Notes: a model not told the origin generated them from the letters alone. Shown: positions 43,357 to 54,153, counted from the first letter of the stretch. The stretch: 64,000 bases of DNA from Phormidesmis sp. (GCA_965248535.1 CBDFJR010000005.1:1088001-1152000), one strand, 5' to 3'. Translations and numbers: made by a program.

Positions 43357-44838
43357 TTACCAGTCGGCTTCGGGTTCGGCGGCCCGAGGAATTGATTTTC
43401 TAGGAACAGCATAAACCGAAGGGGGCGGCACTAGCTCTAGCTGACCTTGTTGCGGTGACTTGGCAGGAGGTTTTTCTCCTTTGCGACGACGAGACACGCC
43501 TTCTTCGCTGGTGTCTTCGGCCACGACTTCATAGAGCAGCGCTAACTTGTTGGGGTCTTTGCCTTTGCGAAGAATGCGCCCCAATCGCTGAATATATTCG
43601 CGAGTGGAACCTGTGCCCGACAGCACGATCGCAACACTCGCCTCTGGCACATCCACGCCTTCATTTAAAACTCGTGAAGCCACCAGCGTTTTATAGTCTC
43701 CTTGCTTAAATCGAGTCAGCACATCGTGGCGTTCTTTAACAGGGGTTTGATGGGTGATGGCCGGAATCAGAAACTCCTGGGAGATGCGATAAACGGTCGC
43801 GTTGTCGTCGGTAAAGATCAGCGTCCGTTCGGGATAATGCTGGGCTAAAAGATCGGCTAAAATTCGGAGTTTGCCTTCAGTGCCGAAGGCGATCGCTTTA
43901 GCTTCTCGGTGGGCTAACATAGCTTTGCGTCCGGCTTTTGAGCGGGCACTCGCCTGCACAAATCGCTGCCAACCTTGAGCGCTGCTGAGATAAATATTCG
44001 CTTCTTTTAAGAATGCATTGCGGATTTGCATTAAGCGATCGTAGCGTTCTCGCTCCTGTTTAGAAAGCTTGACTTTGATTTGAGTCGCTTTGTGTTTGGC
44101 CAATGCCGAACCGGATAATTCTTCTGCGGTTTTGCGATAGACTTCGGCACCAATTAAAGTATTCAAGTCTTCATGTTTGCCGTCTGTGCGTTCGGGTGTG
44201 GCGGTCAATCCCAATCGATAGGGCGCGATCGCAAACTCTGCAATCACCCGATTGAAATCGCTGGGTAAATGATGGCATTCATCAAACACTAACAGCGCGT
44301 ATTGATTACCAAGAGTTTCAGCATTAATCGCAGCGCTATCGTAGGTTGACACGAGAATGGGAGTGCGATCGCGTGACCCGCCGCCGAGCAGCCCTACTTC
44401 GACATCAGGAAACGCCGCCGTTAAATGGGCATACCACTGGTGCATCAAATCTAACGTGGGCACCATGACTAACGTGCTGCGCTGCGTGGCTTGCATGGCC
44501 AACTGCGCTAGATAGGTTTTTCCGGCGGCCGTGGGCAAAACCACAACTCCCATGCGTCCGGCGTGTCTCCATGCGTCGAGGGCTTCTTGCTGGTGGGGGT
44601 AAGGCTCCATTTCTAGGCTGGGCACCATTTCGACTTCTGCAAAAGCTTTGGCTTTATCGTCAAGCTCGGTGCCTTCAGCGCGCATTGCCAAGACTAAATT
44701 GCGATATCGATGGGCAGGAATGCGAAACCGCTCAATGCGATCGTCCCAGATTGCATAGTCCATCCACGCCTTGCCTTTGGGAGGAGGATGGAGAATGAGA
44801 GTGCCCCGATCGAACTTGAGCGTAGGAGTACGAGCCAT
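43357..44838 (-). CDS. XPB/Ssl2-like SF2 helicase
   Basis: PYPHQQEA, LPTAAGKT, DECH, LGLTAT, LNEGVDVP, IQRLGRILR. Confidence 0.9.
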   Translation of the reverse strand: MARTPTLKFDRGTLILHPPPKGKAWMDYAIWDDRIERFRIPAHRYRNLVLAMRAEGTELDDKAKAFAEVEMVPSLEMEPYPHQQEALDAWRHAGRMGVVVLPTAAGKTYLAQLAMQATQRSTLVMVPTLDLMHQWYAHLTAAFPDVEVGLLGGGSRDRTPILVSTYDSAAINAETLGNQYALLVFDECHHLPSDFNRVIAEFAIAPYRLGLTATPERTDGKHEDLNTLIGAEVYRKTAEELSGSALAKHKATQIKVKLSKQERERYDRLMQIRNAFLKEANIYLSSAQGWQRFVQASARSKAGRKAMLAHREAKAIAFGTEGKLRILADLLAQHYPERTLIFTDDNATVYRISQEFLIPAITHQTPVKERHDVLTRFKQGDYKTLVASRVLNEGVDVPEASVAIVLSGTGSTREYIQRLGRILRKGKDPNKLALLYEVVAEDTSEEGVSRRRKGEKPPAKSPQQGQLELVPPPSVYAVPRKSIPRAAEPEADW

Positions 44839-44849
44839 GAGTTTTGCTC

Positions 44850-44863
44850 AGAACACTTGTTCG
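44850..44863 (-). promoter_or_regulatory. Putative LexA/SOS box GAAC-N4-GTTC
   Basis: CGAACAAGTGTTCT on the minus strand, 11 bp before the helicase ATG. Confidence 0.5.
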
Positions 44864-45108
44864 CTTGTCTGATGTTCATCGTGTCATCTCTCAGAAGGTT
44901 TCGCAAGTCAAGCGGCAAGATTAGAGATCAAACTCAAAGGAATCTCTCTAATGCAGACTAATGCAGATCCCTAATTTCTTCAAGAAGTTGATCGTCTCCG
45001 CCTTTGGCATCAGAGATGATCAGAAAACTCACGGAAACAGTCATTCTAAAAAGTCCTTGGAGTAAGACAATGCTTACAGCATCGTTGTCGATTTAGAGGT
45101 TATTTACT

Positions 45109-46212
45109 ATGGTTTCTGCCCGTCAATCTCCGATCGGGGTCGCGATCGTCGGCACAGGCTTCGGTCAAAAAGTTCACATTCCGGGATTTCAAGCCAATCC
45201 TCGGACTCAACTCGTGGCGGTTTATCATCGTGACCTAGAGAAAGCCCAGGCGATTGCCCAAGCTCATAATATTCCCCACGCTTGCCAAACCCTAGAAGCA
45301 GTCGTTTCACGGTCTGATGTGCAACTAGTCAGCGTCTCGACTCCGCCGTTTTTGCACTATGAGATGGCCAAAACCGTGCTTGAAGCCGGAAAGCACCTGC
45401 TGTTAGAAAAACCGACTGCCCTATCGGTCTCAGAAGCGCGACATTTACAAGAACTAGCGGCGCAGCGAGGCGCGATCGCGATGGTGAATTTTGAGTTTCG
45501 GTTCATTCCAGCCTGGCAGCGATTAGCCGAGTTGATCTCAGAAGGCTATGTCGGACAAAACCGCTTGATCAAAATAGACTGGCTCGTGTCAAGTCGTGCC
45601 GATGCCTCCCGCCCCTGGAATTGGTATGCCCAAAAAGAGCAGGGTGGCGGCGCACTGGGAGCGATCGGGTCTCACGCCTTTGACTATATCGCCTGGTTAT
45701 TTGGCCCGGTCAAGCGGCTGTGTGCCCGGCTGCAAGTTTCGATCCCAGAGCGACCCGATCCCATTTCAGGACAGTTGAAACTCGTGGATGCTGATGACAC
45801 CTGCCTGATCATGCTCGAATTAGCCGACGGAACGCCCTGCCAGCTTTGTTTGAGTGCCGCCACCTATCAAGGGCGCGGGCATTGGGTAGAAATCTATGGC
45901 GATCGGAGCACGCTCATTCTCGGCAGCGACAATCAAAAAGACTATGTGCATGGTTTTAAGCTGTCGGGCAGTCAAAACGGGCAGCCGTTAGCCGAGCTAG
46001 AAATTCCTCAGCGCCTCGCGTTTTCTCAAGTCTATGCCGACGGCAGAATTGCCCCATTTATGCGAGTCATCGATCAGTTAGTGTTGAGCATCGATCGCCG
46101 CGAATCGCTACCGCCGTCACTCACAGAAGGCGTATATTCACAACGCTTGATGGACTTAGCCCACGAATCGAATGAAACCGGAACCTGGGTCAATGTGCCC
46201 GATCGAGTCTAA
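45109..46212 (+). CDS. Gfo/Idh/MocA family oxidoreductase
   Basis: VAIVGTGFG, STPPFLH, GKHLLLEKP, GGGALGAIGSH. Confidence 0.92.
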   Translation: MVSARQSPIGVAIVGTGFGQKVHIPGFQANPRTQLVAVYHRDLEKAQAIAQAHNIPHACQTLEAVVSRSDVQLVSVSTPPFLHYEMAKTVLEAGKHLLLEKPTALSVSEARHLQELAAQRGAIAMVNFEFRFIPAWQRLAELISEGYVGQNRLIKIDWLVSSRADASRPWNWYAQKEQGGGALGAIGSHAFDYIAWLFGPVKRLCARLQVSIPERPDPISGQLKLVDADDTCLIMLELADGTPCQLCLSAATYQGRGHWVEIYGDRSTLILGSDNQKDYVHGFKLSGSQNGQPLAELEIPQRLAFSQVYADGRIAPFMRVIDQLVLSIDRRESLPPSLTEGVYSQRLMDLAHESNETGTWVNVPDRV

Positions 46213-46214
46213 TT

Positions 46215-47489
46215 CTACGGCCCGATCGGAAGCGTAATTTTGAAGAGGGTTCCTTGACCGAGTTGAGAGTCAACCTGTAGTGTTCCATAATGCTTTTTAA
46301 CGACAATCTGATAAGCGATCGCGAGTCCCAGTCCGGTTCCTTTGCCGACTGGTTTTGTAGTAAAAAATTGCTCAAAAATTCTCGGTTTCGCGTCTTCAGG
46401 AATGCCTATTCCATTATCTGCGATTTGAATAACGGCTGACCTCTGATCTTCGTGAATAAATGTCTGAATAACAATTTGATTGCCTTGAGAATTTTGAGGC
46501 TGGTTAGCATCTTCAAACGCATCGATCGCATTAGCAATAATATTCATAAAAACCTGGTTGAGTTGACCCGGAAAGCACTCAATGAATGGCAGATCTCCAT
46601 ACTCTTTAAGAATGACAATCTCCGCCCGATCGGGCTTTGCTTTTAAGCGGTGTTTAAGAATTAAAAGCGTGCTGTCAATTCCTTCATGAATATCGAATTT
46701 GACTTTGGTGGCGATGTCCGATCGAGAAAAAGTTCTTAAAGACACACTGATATCATGAATTCGCTCTGTGCCTTGCTGCATCGACGCAATAACTTTGGGC
46801 AAATCATCCATGAGAAAGTCTAGCTCGATCGTGTCAGCATGAGCAGCAATTTGGCTATCTGGCTCGTGTTGCTGATACATCTGAAGGTGAGCAACCAAAT
46901 CTTGAATATAGCGCTCAATATGCAGCAGATTGCCATCAATAAACCCGACCGGATTGTTGATCTCGTGAGCGACCCCGGCCACGAGTTGACCCAATGCTGA
47001 CATCTTTTCACCCTGAATGAGTTGAATCTGAGATTGCTGTAGCTGATGAACTGTGTTGGTTAGCTCGATCGTTCTTTGTTCGACCAAATGTTCTAGTTTT
47101 TTGTTTAAGTGCCGCAATTTTAAGTGCAGATTGACTCTTGCTAAAATCTCCTCTTGTTGAAACGGTTTAGTAATATAATCAACCGCACCTAGATCAAACC
47201 CTTTCACCTTATTAGCTACATCTGACAGCGCAGTCATAAAAATCACGGGCACCTCTTGAGCAAAGCCTGAAGTTTTAAGACGACGACAGGTTTCAAAGCC
47301 GTCGATTCCGGGCATCATCACGTCAAGTAGAATTAGATCGGGAGTCACCGCAGCAACTTTCTCAAGGGCGCTTTCTCCGCTTTTAGCAATCAAAACACAA
47401 ATATTTTCCTGTTCTAAAACTTTAAATAAGACTTTAATATTAGTTGGATTATCATCTACGATTAAGATTAGCGCTTGTCGATTTTTCAT
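46215..47489 (-). CDS. Hybrid receiver-histidine kinase
   Basis: REC domain (IVDD, LLDVMMP, KPF), H-box AHEINNP, N/G1/F/G2 boxes. Confidence 0.93.
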   Translation of the reverse strand: MKNRQALILIVDDNPTNIKVLFKVLEQENICVLIAKSGESALEKVAAVTPDLILLDVMMPGIDGFETCRRLKTSGFAQEVPVIFMTALSDVANKVKGFDLGAVDYITKPFQQEEILARVNLHLKLRHLNKKLEHLVEQRTIELTNTVHQLQQSQIQLIQGEKMSALGQLVAGVAHEINNPVGFIDGNLLHIERYIQDLVAHLQMYQQHEPDSQIAAHADTIELDFLMDDLPKVIASMQQGTERIHDISVSLRTFSRSDIATKVKFDIHEGIDSTLLILKHRLKAKPDRAEIVILKEYGDLPFIECFPGQLNQVFMNIIANAIDAFEDANQPQNSQGNQIVIQTFIHEDQRSAVIQIADNGIGIPEDAKPRIFEQFFTTKPVGKGTGLGLAIAYQIVVKKHYGTLQVDSQLGQGTLFKITLPIGP

Positions 47490-47592
47490 AAATTAGTTAA
47501 AGTCTGTTAGATAAAAATTTGTCTGTATGAAACATTGTTTAATTGATAAAATAATCCTTCAGTCCGAAAGGGCTTAGACGAAAAATCATGGT

Positions 47593-47745
47593 CTAGCTTT
47601 TTCGCACTTGGGCATCTGAGATTGACTGAATATAGCCATGACCCATGCAGATGATGGCTACGATCGCTAGGGTCACGCCGACAGAGATTTTAACTAGCGT
47701 TTGACGAGCGATCGGGCGCTGTTTTGGCGGCTTGAGAGTGATCAT
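47593..47745 (-). CDS. 50-aa single-TM ORF, possibly a truncated sensor N-terminus
   Basis: MITLKPPKQRPIARQTLVKISVGVTLAIVAIICMGHGYIQSISDAQVRKS*. Confidence 0.4.
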   Translation of the reverse strand: MITLKPPKQRPIARQTLVKISVGVTLAIVAIICMGHGYIQSISDAQVRKS

Positions 47746-48102
47746 TTTTGGTTGAGGGTTGAGTCTAAGATTTGCTAAAACTCTTTGGATGGTTGACCCA
47801 TTCTTTCATCGGGTTTGCCCCCATTTTTCCCAAAACTCCTGACTAGCAAACAAATGCCTCTAAACCGCCTTAACCTTCAAAGTTTTACAAAACTCTAGTA
47901 CAAAGTAACTTTTTGCCCCTTAAATTTGATACATTGGTACTAAGCTGCTTTAAGGGTGGGCGTAGGATTGGAGTTAATTCTCAGATTTACGTCCTTCAAT
48001 GCCTTTGACTCCACATATAGAGTGAGCGGCTCAAAAAATTATTAGATATAGCGTCTACGATCGGTTACTCTAGTCTCATTCCGTTGTGTGGTGTGAGCAG
48101 TT

Positions 48103-51100
48103 ATGTCTTTTGTTGGTCTACACATTCATAGCGACTACAGCTTGCTTGATGGTGCCAGTCAGTTACCTAAACTGGTCGATCGGGCAATGGAATTGGGAAT
48201 GCCCGCGATCGCCCTCACCGATCACGGCGTAATGTATGGCGCGATCGAGCTAATGAAGGTCTGTAAAGGCAAGATTACGCCGATCATCGGCAACGAAATG
48301 TATGTGATCAACGGTGACATCACTAAGCAAGAACGCCGCCCTCGCTACCACCAGGTCGTGCTGGCAAAAAACACGCGAGGCTATAAAAACTTAGTCAAGA
48401 TCACCACAATTTCTCACCTCAAAGGCGTTCAGGGCAAAGGCATTTTCTCGCGACCCTGCATCAGCAAAGATTTATTAGAGCAATACCACGAAGGTCTGAT
48501 CGTCACGAGTGCCTGTCTCGGCGGTGAAGTGCCACAGGCGATTTTGCAAGGCAAGCCCGAAATCGCCCGTCGCGTCGCCCAGTGGTATAAAGACTTATTT
48601 GGCGATGATTATTATTTAGAAATTCAAGATCACGGCTCACCAGAAGATCGGATCGTCAACGTCGAGGTCGTTAAGATTGCCCGTGAGCTAGACATTAAAA
48701 TTATTGCCACCAACGATTCTCACTATATTTCTTGCTATGACGTAGAGGCGCACGACGCGCTGCTGTGCATTCAGACAGGCAAGCTGATCTCAGAAGACAA
48801 ACGCCTCAGATATAGCGGCACCGAATATCTTAAATCAGCCGACGAGATGCGACTATTGTTTCGCGATCACCTGCCTGATGACGTGATTGAAGAAGCGATC
48901 GTGACCACTGTCGAGGTTGCCAACAAAATCGAGGAATATAAACTTTTTGATGAACCGCGCATTCCCAACTATCCCGTCCCCACAGGTCAAACGCATGATG
49001 GTTATCTCGAAAAAATCACCTGGGAAGGACTGTTTAAACGGTTGAAATGCCACGATCGTGCCGAGGTCAGCCAGGTCTATCAAGATCGTCTGATCTACGA
49101 ACTCGAAATGATGCAGCAGATGGGGTTTGCGACCTATTTTCTCGTGGTGTGGGACTACATCAAATACGCCAGAGACAACGGCATTCCCGTCGGGCCAGGA
49201 CGGGGATCGGCAGCCGGATCGCTGGTTGCCTATGCGTTGGGGATTACGAATATCGATCCGGTGCACCACGGCTTGCTGTTTGAGCGGTTTCTCAACCCCG
49301 AACGCAAATCAATGCCCGATATTGACACCGACTTTTGCATCGATCGCCGCGATGAAGTCATCCAATACGTCACTCAAAAATATGGGACTGAACGAGTCGC
49401 GCAGATCATCACCTATAACCGCATGACCTCTAAAGCCGTTCTCAAAGACACGGCGCGAGTGCTGGATGTGCCCTATGGCGATGCCGATCGCATGGCGAAG
49501 ATGATTCCGGTGGTTCGAGGCAAGCCTATAAAGTTGGAGGTGATGATCTCTGATAAAACGCCTGCGCCAGAGTTTAAAGAAAAATACGACAAAGATCCCA
49601 GCGTGCGGCACTGGTTAGACACAGCGATCGGGATTGAAGGCACCAACAAAAGTGTGGGCATTCACGCGGCTGGAATCGTGATTTCCTCCGATCCGCTCGA
49701 CGAAATTGTGCCTCTGCAACGCAACGCAGACGGGGCCGTCTTCACCCAATATTACATGGAGGACATCGAAACCCTGGGCCTGCTAAAAATGGACTTTTTA
49801 GGACTCAAAAACCTAACGATGATCCAAAAAACGGTCGAGTTAGTTCAGCAAACTCGTCACGTCACGATCGACCTCGACAACCTCTCGCTTGAAGATCCCG
49901 GAGTCTATCAACTGCTGGCACGAGGAGATTTGCAGGGCATCTTTCAGCTTGAGTCGTCGGGGATGCGGCAAATCGTTCGTGACCTCAAACCGTCAGGCAT
50001 TGAAGATATTTCCTCCGTGCTTGCCCTTTATCGCCCTGGGCCACTTGATGCCGGACTGATTCCTAAATTTATCAATCGCAAACACGGGCGAGAAGCGATC
50101 GACTACGCCCACGACATTCTCAAACCGATTCTTAACGAAACCTACGGCATTATGGTCTATCAAGAGCAAATCATGAAGATTGCTCAAGATATGGCAGGTT
50201 ACTCGCTGGGTCAAGCGGATCTATTGCGGCGGGCAATGGGCAAAAAGAAAAAGTCTGAGATGGAAAAGCACCGCGAAATGTTCGTGGAGGGTGCCGGAAA
50301 GAACGACGTAAAACCCGCGATCGCCGATGCCCTGTTTGAGCAAATGGTGCAGTTTGCTGAATATTGTTTCAACAAATCTCACTCAACGGCTTATGGCTAT
50401 GTCACCTATCAAACCGCTTATCTAAAAGCAAACTATCCCGTCGAATATATGGCGGCATTGATTACTGCAAATAGTGGCGATCAAGATAAAGTCCAAAAAT
50501 ATATTGCCTCTTGCGTCAGCATGAATATTCAGGTGCAGTCGCCTGACATCAATCGCTCTGGGGTAGACTTTACGCCCACTGGCGAGAATATTTTGTTTGG
50601 CTTAAATGCCGTCCGAAATGTGGGACAAAGCGCCGTTGAAGCCCTTCTCGTCTCCAGAACCGAAAAAGGCGAATTCAAATCCTTGGCAGACTTGTGCGAT
50701 CGGGTCGATTCTCGCGCCATTAACCGTCGAGCGTTAGAATCTCTAATCTACTGCGGAGCCTTTGACAACGTTGATTCAAATCGCAATCAACTCATTCAAG
50801 ACTTAGAGCTAGTCATGGATTGGGCACAATCTCGTGCTAAGGATCGAGCCAGTGGTCAAGGCAACTTATTTGATTTAATGGGCGGCGGTGCGAGTCAACA
50901 AGCCAGTTTTGAGACAGCACCCAAAGCGACCAGAGTGCCCGACTTTCCGCAACAAGAAAAACTGCGCTTAGAAAAAGAAGTCCTGGGATTCTATATCTCT
51001 GACCACCCGCTCAAACAGTTGCAAGAGTCAGCCAAGATGCTTGCACCGATTAGCTTGAGTGATTTAGGCGACCGTCAAGAAGGCGACAGCATCAGCGCGA

Positions 51101-51591
51101 TCGTCATGCTCACAGCCGTTAAAGCCGTCACGACTAAGAAGGGCGATCGGATGGCGATCATCACGATCGAGGATCTCACCGGACACTCAGAAGCCGTCGT
51201 CTTCCCCAAATCGTTTGAACGAATTGGACATTTGATCCTTCCCGATGCCCGCTTGATGGTGTGGGGCAAAGTCGATCGCCGCGATGACCAGGTGCAGTTC
51301 ATCATTGACGATGCAGAACCGATCGAAACCGTCCGCATGGTGATGGTCGAACTCGAACCTAGCAAAGCAAACGACAGTCAAGAACAATATCGACTGCGGC
51401 AAATCTTGCAAGAGCAACGCGGCGAAGACCATAGCGCTAGGATTTCAGTAGTGGCGATCATCAGTGCTCGCGATCGCTGTCACTTTGTGCGGTTTGGGCA
51501 AAAGTTTCGAGTCCACGATGAGCAGGCAGCCGTAACTGCTCTGACAAAGGGCGGATTTCGGGCGCGAGTGTCTTCGTTAGTCAGTGCTTAA
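48103..51591 (+). CDS. dnaE: DNA polymerase III alpha subunit, contiguous and intein-free
   Basis: [29 protein letters not shown], ..[10 protein letters not shown].., C-terminal OB fold. Confidence 0.97.
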   Translation: MSFVGLHIHSDYSLLDGASQLPKLVDRAMELGMPAIALTDHGVMYGAIELMKVCKGKITPIIGNEMYVINGDITKQERRPRYHQVVLAKNTRGYKNLVKITTISHLKGVQGKGIFSRPCISKDLLEQYHEGLIVTSACLGGEVPQAILQGKPEIARRVAQWYKDLFGDDYYLEIQDHGSPEDRIVNVEVVKIARELDIKIIATNDSHYISCYDVEAHDALLCIQTGKLISEDKRLRYSGTEYLKSADEMRLLFRDHLPDDVIEEAIVTTVEVANKIEEYKLFDEPRIPNYPVPTGQTHDGYLEKITWEGLFKRLKCHDRAEVSQVYQDRLIYELEMMQQMGFATYFLVVWDYIKYARDNGIPVGPGRGSAAGSLVAYALGITNIDPVHHGLLFERFLNPERKSMPDIDTDFCIDRRDEVIQYVTQKYGTERVAQIITYNRMTSKAVLKDTARVLDVPYGDADRMAKMIPVVRGKPIKLEVMISDKTPAPEFKEKYDKDPSVRHWLDTAIGIEGTNKSVGIHAAGIVISSDPLDEIVPLQRNADGAVFTQYYMEDIETLGLLKMDFLGLKNLTMIQKTVELVQQTRHVTIDLDNLSLEDPGVYQLLARGDLQGIFQLESSGMRQIVRDLKPSGIEDISSVLALYRPGPLDAGLIPKFINRKHGREAIDYAHDILKPILNETYGIMVYQEQIMKIAQDMAGYSLGQADLLRRAMGKKKKSEMEKHREMFVEGAGKNDVKPAIADALFEQMVQFAEYCFNKSHSTAYGYVTYQTAYLKANYPVEYMAALITANSGDQDKVQKYIASCVSMNIQVQSPDINRSGVDFTPTGENILFGLNAVRNVGQSAVEALLVSRTEKGEFKSLADLCDRVDSRAINRRALESLIYCGAFDNVDSNRNQLIQDLELVMDWAQSRAKDRASGQGNLFDLMGGGASQQASFETAPKATRVPDFPQQEKLRLEKEVLGFYISDHPLKQLQESAKMLAPISLSDLGDRQEGDSISAIVMLTAVKAVTTKKGDRMAIITIEDLTGHSEAVVFPKSFERIGHLILPDARLMVWGKVDRRDDQVQFIIDDAEPIETVRMVMVELEPSKANDSQEQYRLRQILQEQRGEDHSARISVVAIISARDRCHFVRFGQKFRVHDEQAAVTALTKGGFRARVSSLVSA

Positions 51592-51607
51592 AGGACGACA
51601 GGAGCAA

Positions 51608-51804
51608 AGTAATCTATTGCAACAATCGCCGCTTTATCAAAAATGGCAAATGGAAGCTGAACTGTGAGGGATGGAAAAAGCGCGGCGATCGCTCTGAAGT
51701 TGCTTAAAAAGAAACGTCTGTTGGATGAAATTGCTGAAGTCAAAGACTTTTCGATCGAACAACTGCAACAACTGCAAAACAGTCAGCTCTCGGACTGGTC
51801 ATGA
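51608..51804 (+). pseudogene. Remnant resembling the C-terminal tail of an Rpn/YhgA-like protein
   Basis: LQQSPLYQKWQMEAEL*GMEK then frameshift to AIALKLLKKKRLLDEIAEVKDFSIEQLQQL. Confidence 0.5.
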
Positions 51805-51853
51805 ATTCCCCATGAGCCTACATACTAAGCTCACCAAAATTTGATCGAATAGA

Positions 51854-52185
51854 ATGAAAATGCCATCGGGCTTAGTCATTCAAGAGCAAAAATTAACGAA
51901 CTACCTCCTGATTTATCAACCGAAAGATCACAAGTCTCAGTTTCTTGCACGCGCAGGCTACACGCTTCAAACTTGGCAGCGGTTGAAGAATTGGAAGTAA
52001 CAGCAGCGATCGCGACTGAGTGGGGAACGAGATTTAAGGTCAACTGTCAGTGGAATGGCTTGAATGGTCGCAGTTTAAGAGTGGTGACGATTTGGCAGAA
52101 TGATACGGGTTCTGATCTGATTCGGTTTGTGACGTTGTATCCCGATAAGTCTGAGGAAGAGAGTCAAGGGCGGGAGGATCAAAGA
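51854..52185 (+). pseudogene. DUF6883-like putative toxin, frameshifted near 51975-51985
   Basis: MKMPSGLVIQEQKLTNYLL..KSQFLARAGYTLQTWQRL in one frame; EWGTRFKV..GLNGRSLRVVTIW..IRFVTLYP in another. Confidence 0.6.
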
Positions 52186-52434
52186 ATGATTGATTCATTA
52201 TTTCACTGGGTTGTTTTGCTGCGGGATGTGCCGAATTGTGCCGTGAAGGTGGGCGATCGAGGTGTGATTGTGGATGAGTTGCCGTTTTCTGAAATGCATC
52301 AGGAATCGGGCTATACGATCGAGGTTTTTCGGCAGGGTGAGACGGTCGAGGTGGTGTCGGTTCCGGCTGCTTGGGTGGAGGTTTTGCCGGAAGTTTGGGG
52401 ACAGAAGGATGTGAGCGAGATCGTTGCCCGTTAG
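52186..52434 (+). CDS. DUF4926-like small protein
   Basis: WVVLLRDVP..VGDRGVIVD..GYTIEVF..GETVEVVSV; GGGAGG SD before ATG 52186. Confidence 0.65.
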   Translation: MIDSLFHWVVLLRDVPNCAVKVGDRGVIVDELPFSEMHQESGYTIEVFRQGETVEVVSVPAAWVEVLPEVWGQKDVSEIVAR

Positions 52435-52582
52435 CGATCGATGTTTTGCGAGAGCTTCGCCACATGGGGTGGTCGCGCTTCCTCTGGGGTGAGAATTGAC
52501 CTCATTTCTTCGGTTGGCGAATTGTGCGATCGCGGTTCATCTGTCTTGATAAGATTGAAATACTGAATTGGAGGGGTTCTAT

Positions 52583-52828
52583 ATGCTTGCTAGCTATCTG
52601 GATCAAGCAATGGAGATTGCGGTTTATGAAATCGTGGAGGGTAACCGCACGTATTGGGGAGAAATCCCAGGGCTTCAGGGTGTCTGGGCAACTCATCAGA
52701 CATTAGAAGGGTGTCGTCGGGAGTTGCGAGAGGCGTTAAGCGATTGGATTGCTCTAAGATTGCAGCTTAGATTGAGGATTCCTGAAGTTGCAGGCATTGA
52801 TTTGAATCATTTGACACAAGCGGTCTAA
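52583..52828 (+). CDS. hicB: HicB family antitoxin (start ATG 52583)
   Basis: YWGEIPGLQGVWA..TLEGCRRELREALSDWI. Confidence 0.82.
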   Translation: MLASYLDQAMEIAVYEIVEGNRTYWGEIPGLQGVWATHQTLEGCRRELREALSDWIALRLQLRLRIPEVAGIDLNHLTQAV

Positions 52829-52831
52829 CGA

Positions 52832-53074
52832 ATGCCTCGATTGACTCCAATTTCCAGACGAAATCTGGTGAAACGTTTTAGAGAATTGGGCTTTGAGGGA
52901 CTTTTTGCGGGTGGACGACATCCTCAAATGCGAAGAGAAGAGGTAACGGTGATCATTCCGAATCCTCATGAGGGTGACATTAGCGTAGGTCTTCTGTCTA
53001 GAGTGTTGAGACAGGCTGGGATTTCTCGTGAAGAGTGGTTCGGGGAAGAACTCGACGAGGAATCTGAAGAATGA
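52832..53074 (+). CDS. hicA: HicA family toxin
   Basis: LVKRFRELGF..GGRHPQM..IPNPHEGDISVGLLSRVLRQAG. Confidence 0.85.
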   Translation: MPRLTPISRRNLVKRFRELGFEGLFAGGRHPQMRREEVTVIIPNPHEGDISVGLLSRVLRQAGISREEWFGEELDEESEE

Positions 53075-53236
53075 ATCTCGTAGATTTTGAGCGGGGCATT
53101 AGCGATCGCACTTCAAATAGGCGCGATCCTTCGGAGTTTGCGAAGCGATCGCACACCCTTTCCCCTTCAAATCGGCACGATCGCTAAATTAACCCCAAGC
53201 GGTACAAGATAGAGCGGTCAAACTAGCTCAGAAACC

Positions 53237-54112
53237 CTATTTCAACAGTTGGGGGTTGCCCTTTGCGTCATAGAGAAACGGATTAGGCCCCACCGCATTG
53301 ATCAAATCTTTTGGCTTGAGGTCGCCTCTGACTAAGCGAGAGAGCGTGTCCTGTCCGCCCGGCTGATAAACAATCGATCGCTCGACCCGGTTAAATCCTG
53401 CATTGGGGCGAACTTTTCCTGAGGCACCCAACAACTCAACCACCAGAGAATTTTGTCCTGGCTGCAACCCTGTGAGATAGAGCGGAAAGCGATCGGTCGT
53501 CTTCACGCTTTTGCCATTCAGGGTGTAGCGCACCGCCGCCGTTCGTCCTAGATTCACCCCGTCCACTACATAATCTAGCAAGATTGGCTCTGCGCCATAG
53601 GTGCCGCTCGCGGGCGAGACCAGCGTAATCAATCCAATAGGCTGATTATAGTCAGCAGCATTTTTGCCATCAAACTGCTGTACGCTAAACGTCACATGCG
53701 TCTGAGAGCCGCGATTGCGATAGCTCTGGTTCCAGGGTCGCGCCGCCACCACTCTAATCGTGTGGGTTCCGGGACTGAGCGTCAGCTTTAGCGGCTGGCC
53801 GGGGTCAAAATAGTCGATCGGAGAATTGTTATCAACGATCACCTTAAGATGCAAACCCAGCCCAGTTTCGGGGTCTTTGCCAGGAGAGAATCGCTTGACA
53901 GCAAGTTGCAGGGCTACCTCGGTTGAGTTGAGGGTGGCTCCGGGCAGAGGCGACACGATTTTAATATCTGGAGCAGCCTGATCAGTTGTGGGGGTCAACG
54001 ATTCGATCACGGCTGGCGTGGGCACAGCGGTTTGGGCGATCGCCCAGACACTATTAAACATCGTGAGCGCGATCGCCGTTCCCGTTCCCAGTACAGCAGT
54101 TTTGAGACTCAT
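53237..54112 (-). CDS. Secreted hypothetical protein with beta-rich (Ig-like) domains
   Basis: Signal peptide; GLHLKVIVDN, PGTHTIRVVAARPW, YGAEPILLDY. Confidence 0.7.
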   Translation of the reverse strand: MSLKTAVLGTGTAIALTMFNSVWAIAQTAVPTPAVIESLTPTTDQAAPDIKIVSPLPGATLNSTEVALQLAVKRFSPGKDPETGLGLHLKVIVDNNSPIDYFDPGQPLKLTLSPGTHTIRVVAARPWNQSYRNRGSQTHVTFSVQQFDGKNAADYNQPIGLITLVSPASGTYGAEPILLDYVVDGVNLGRTAAVRYTLNGKSVKTTDRFPLYLTGLQPGQNSLVVELLGASGKVRPNAGFNRVERSIVYQPGGQDTLSRLVRGDLKPKDLINAVGPNPFLYDAKGNPQLLK

Positions 54113-54139
54113 CGCTAAAGCTCCTTAAGGTGAATAGAA

Positions 54140-54153
54140 GTAACAAATTCTAC
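54140..54153. promoter_or_regulatory. NtcA-like box GTA-N8-TAC
   Basis: GTAACAAATTCTAC, 27 bp upstream of the 54112 ATG. Confidence 0.4.

Noticed and set aside
47896..47942. LexA-like half sites upstream of dnaE (AGTAC-AAA-GTAAC; GATAC-ATTG-GTACT)
   Set aside because: Wrong spacing or mismatched half site; too weak to call
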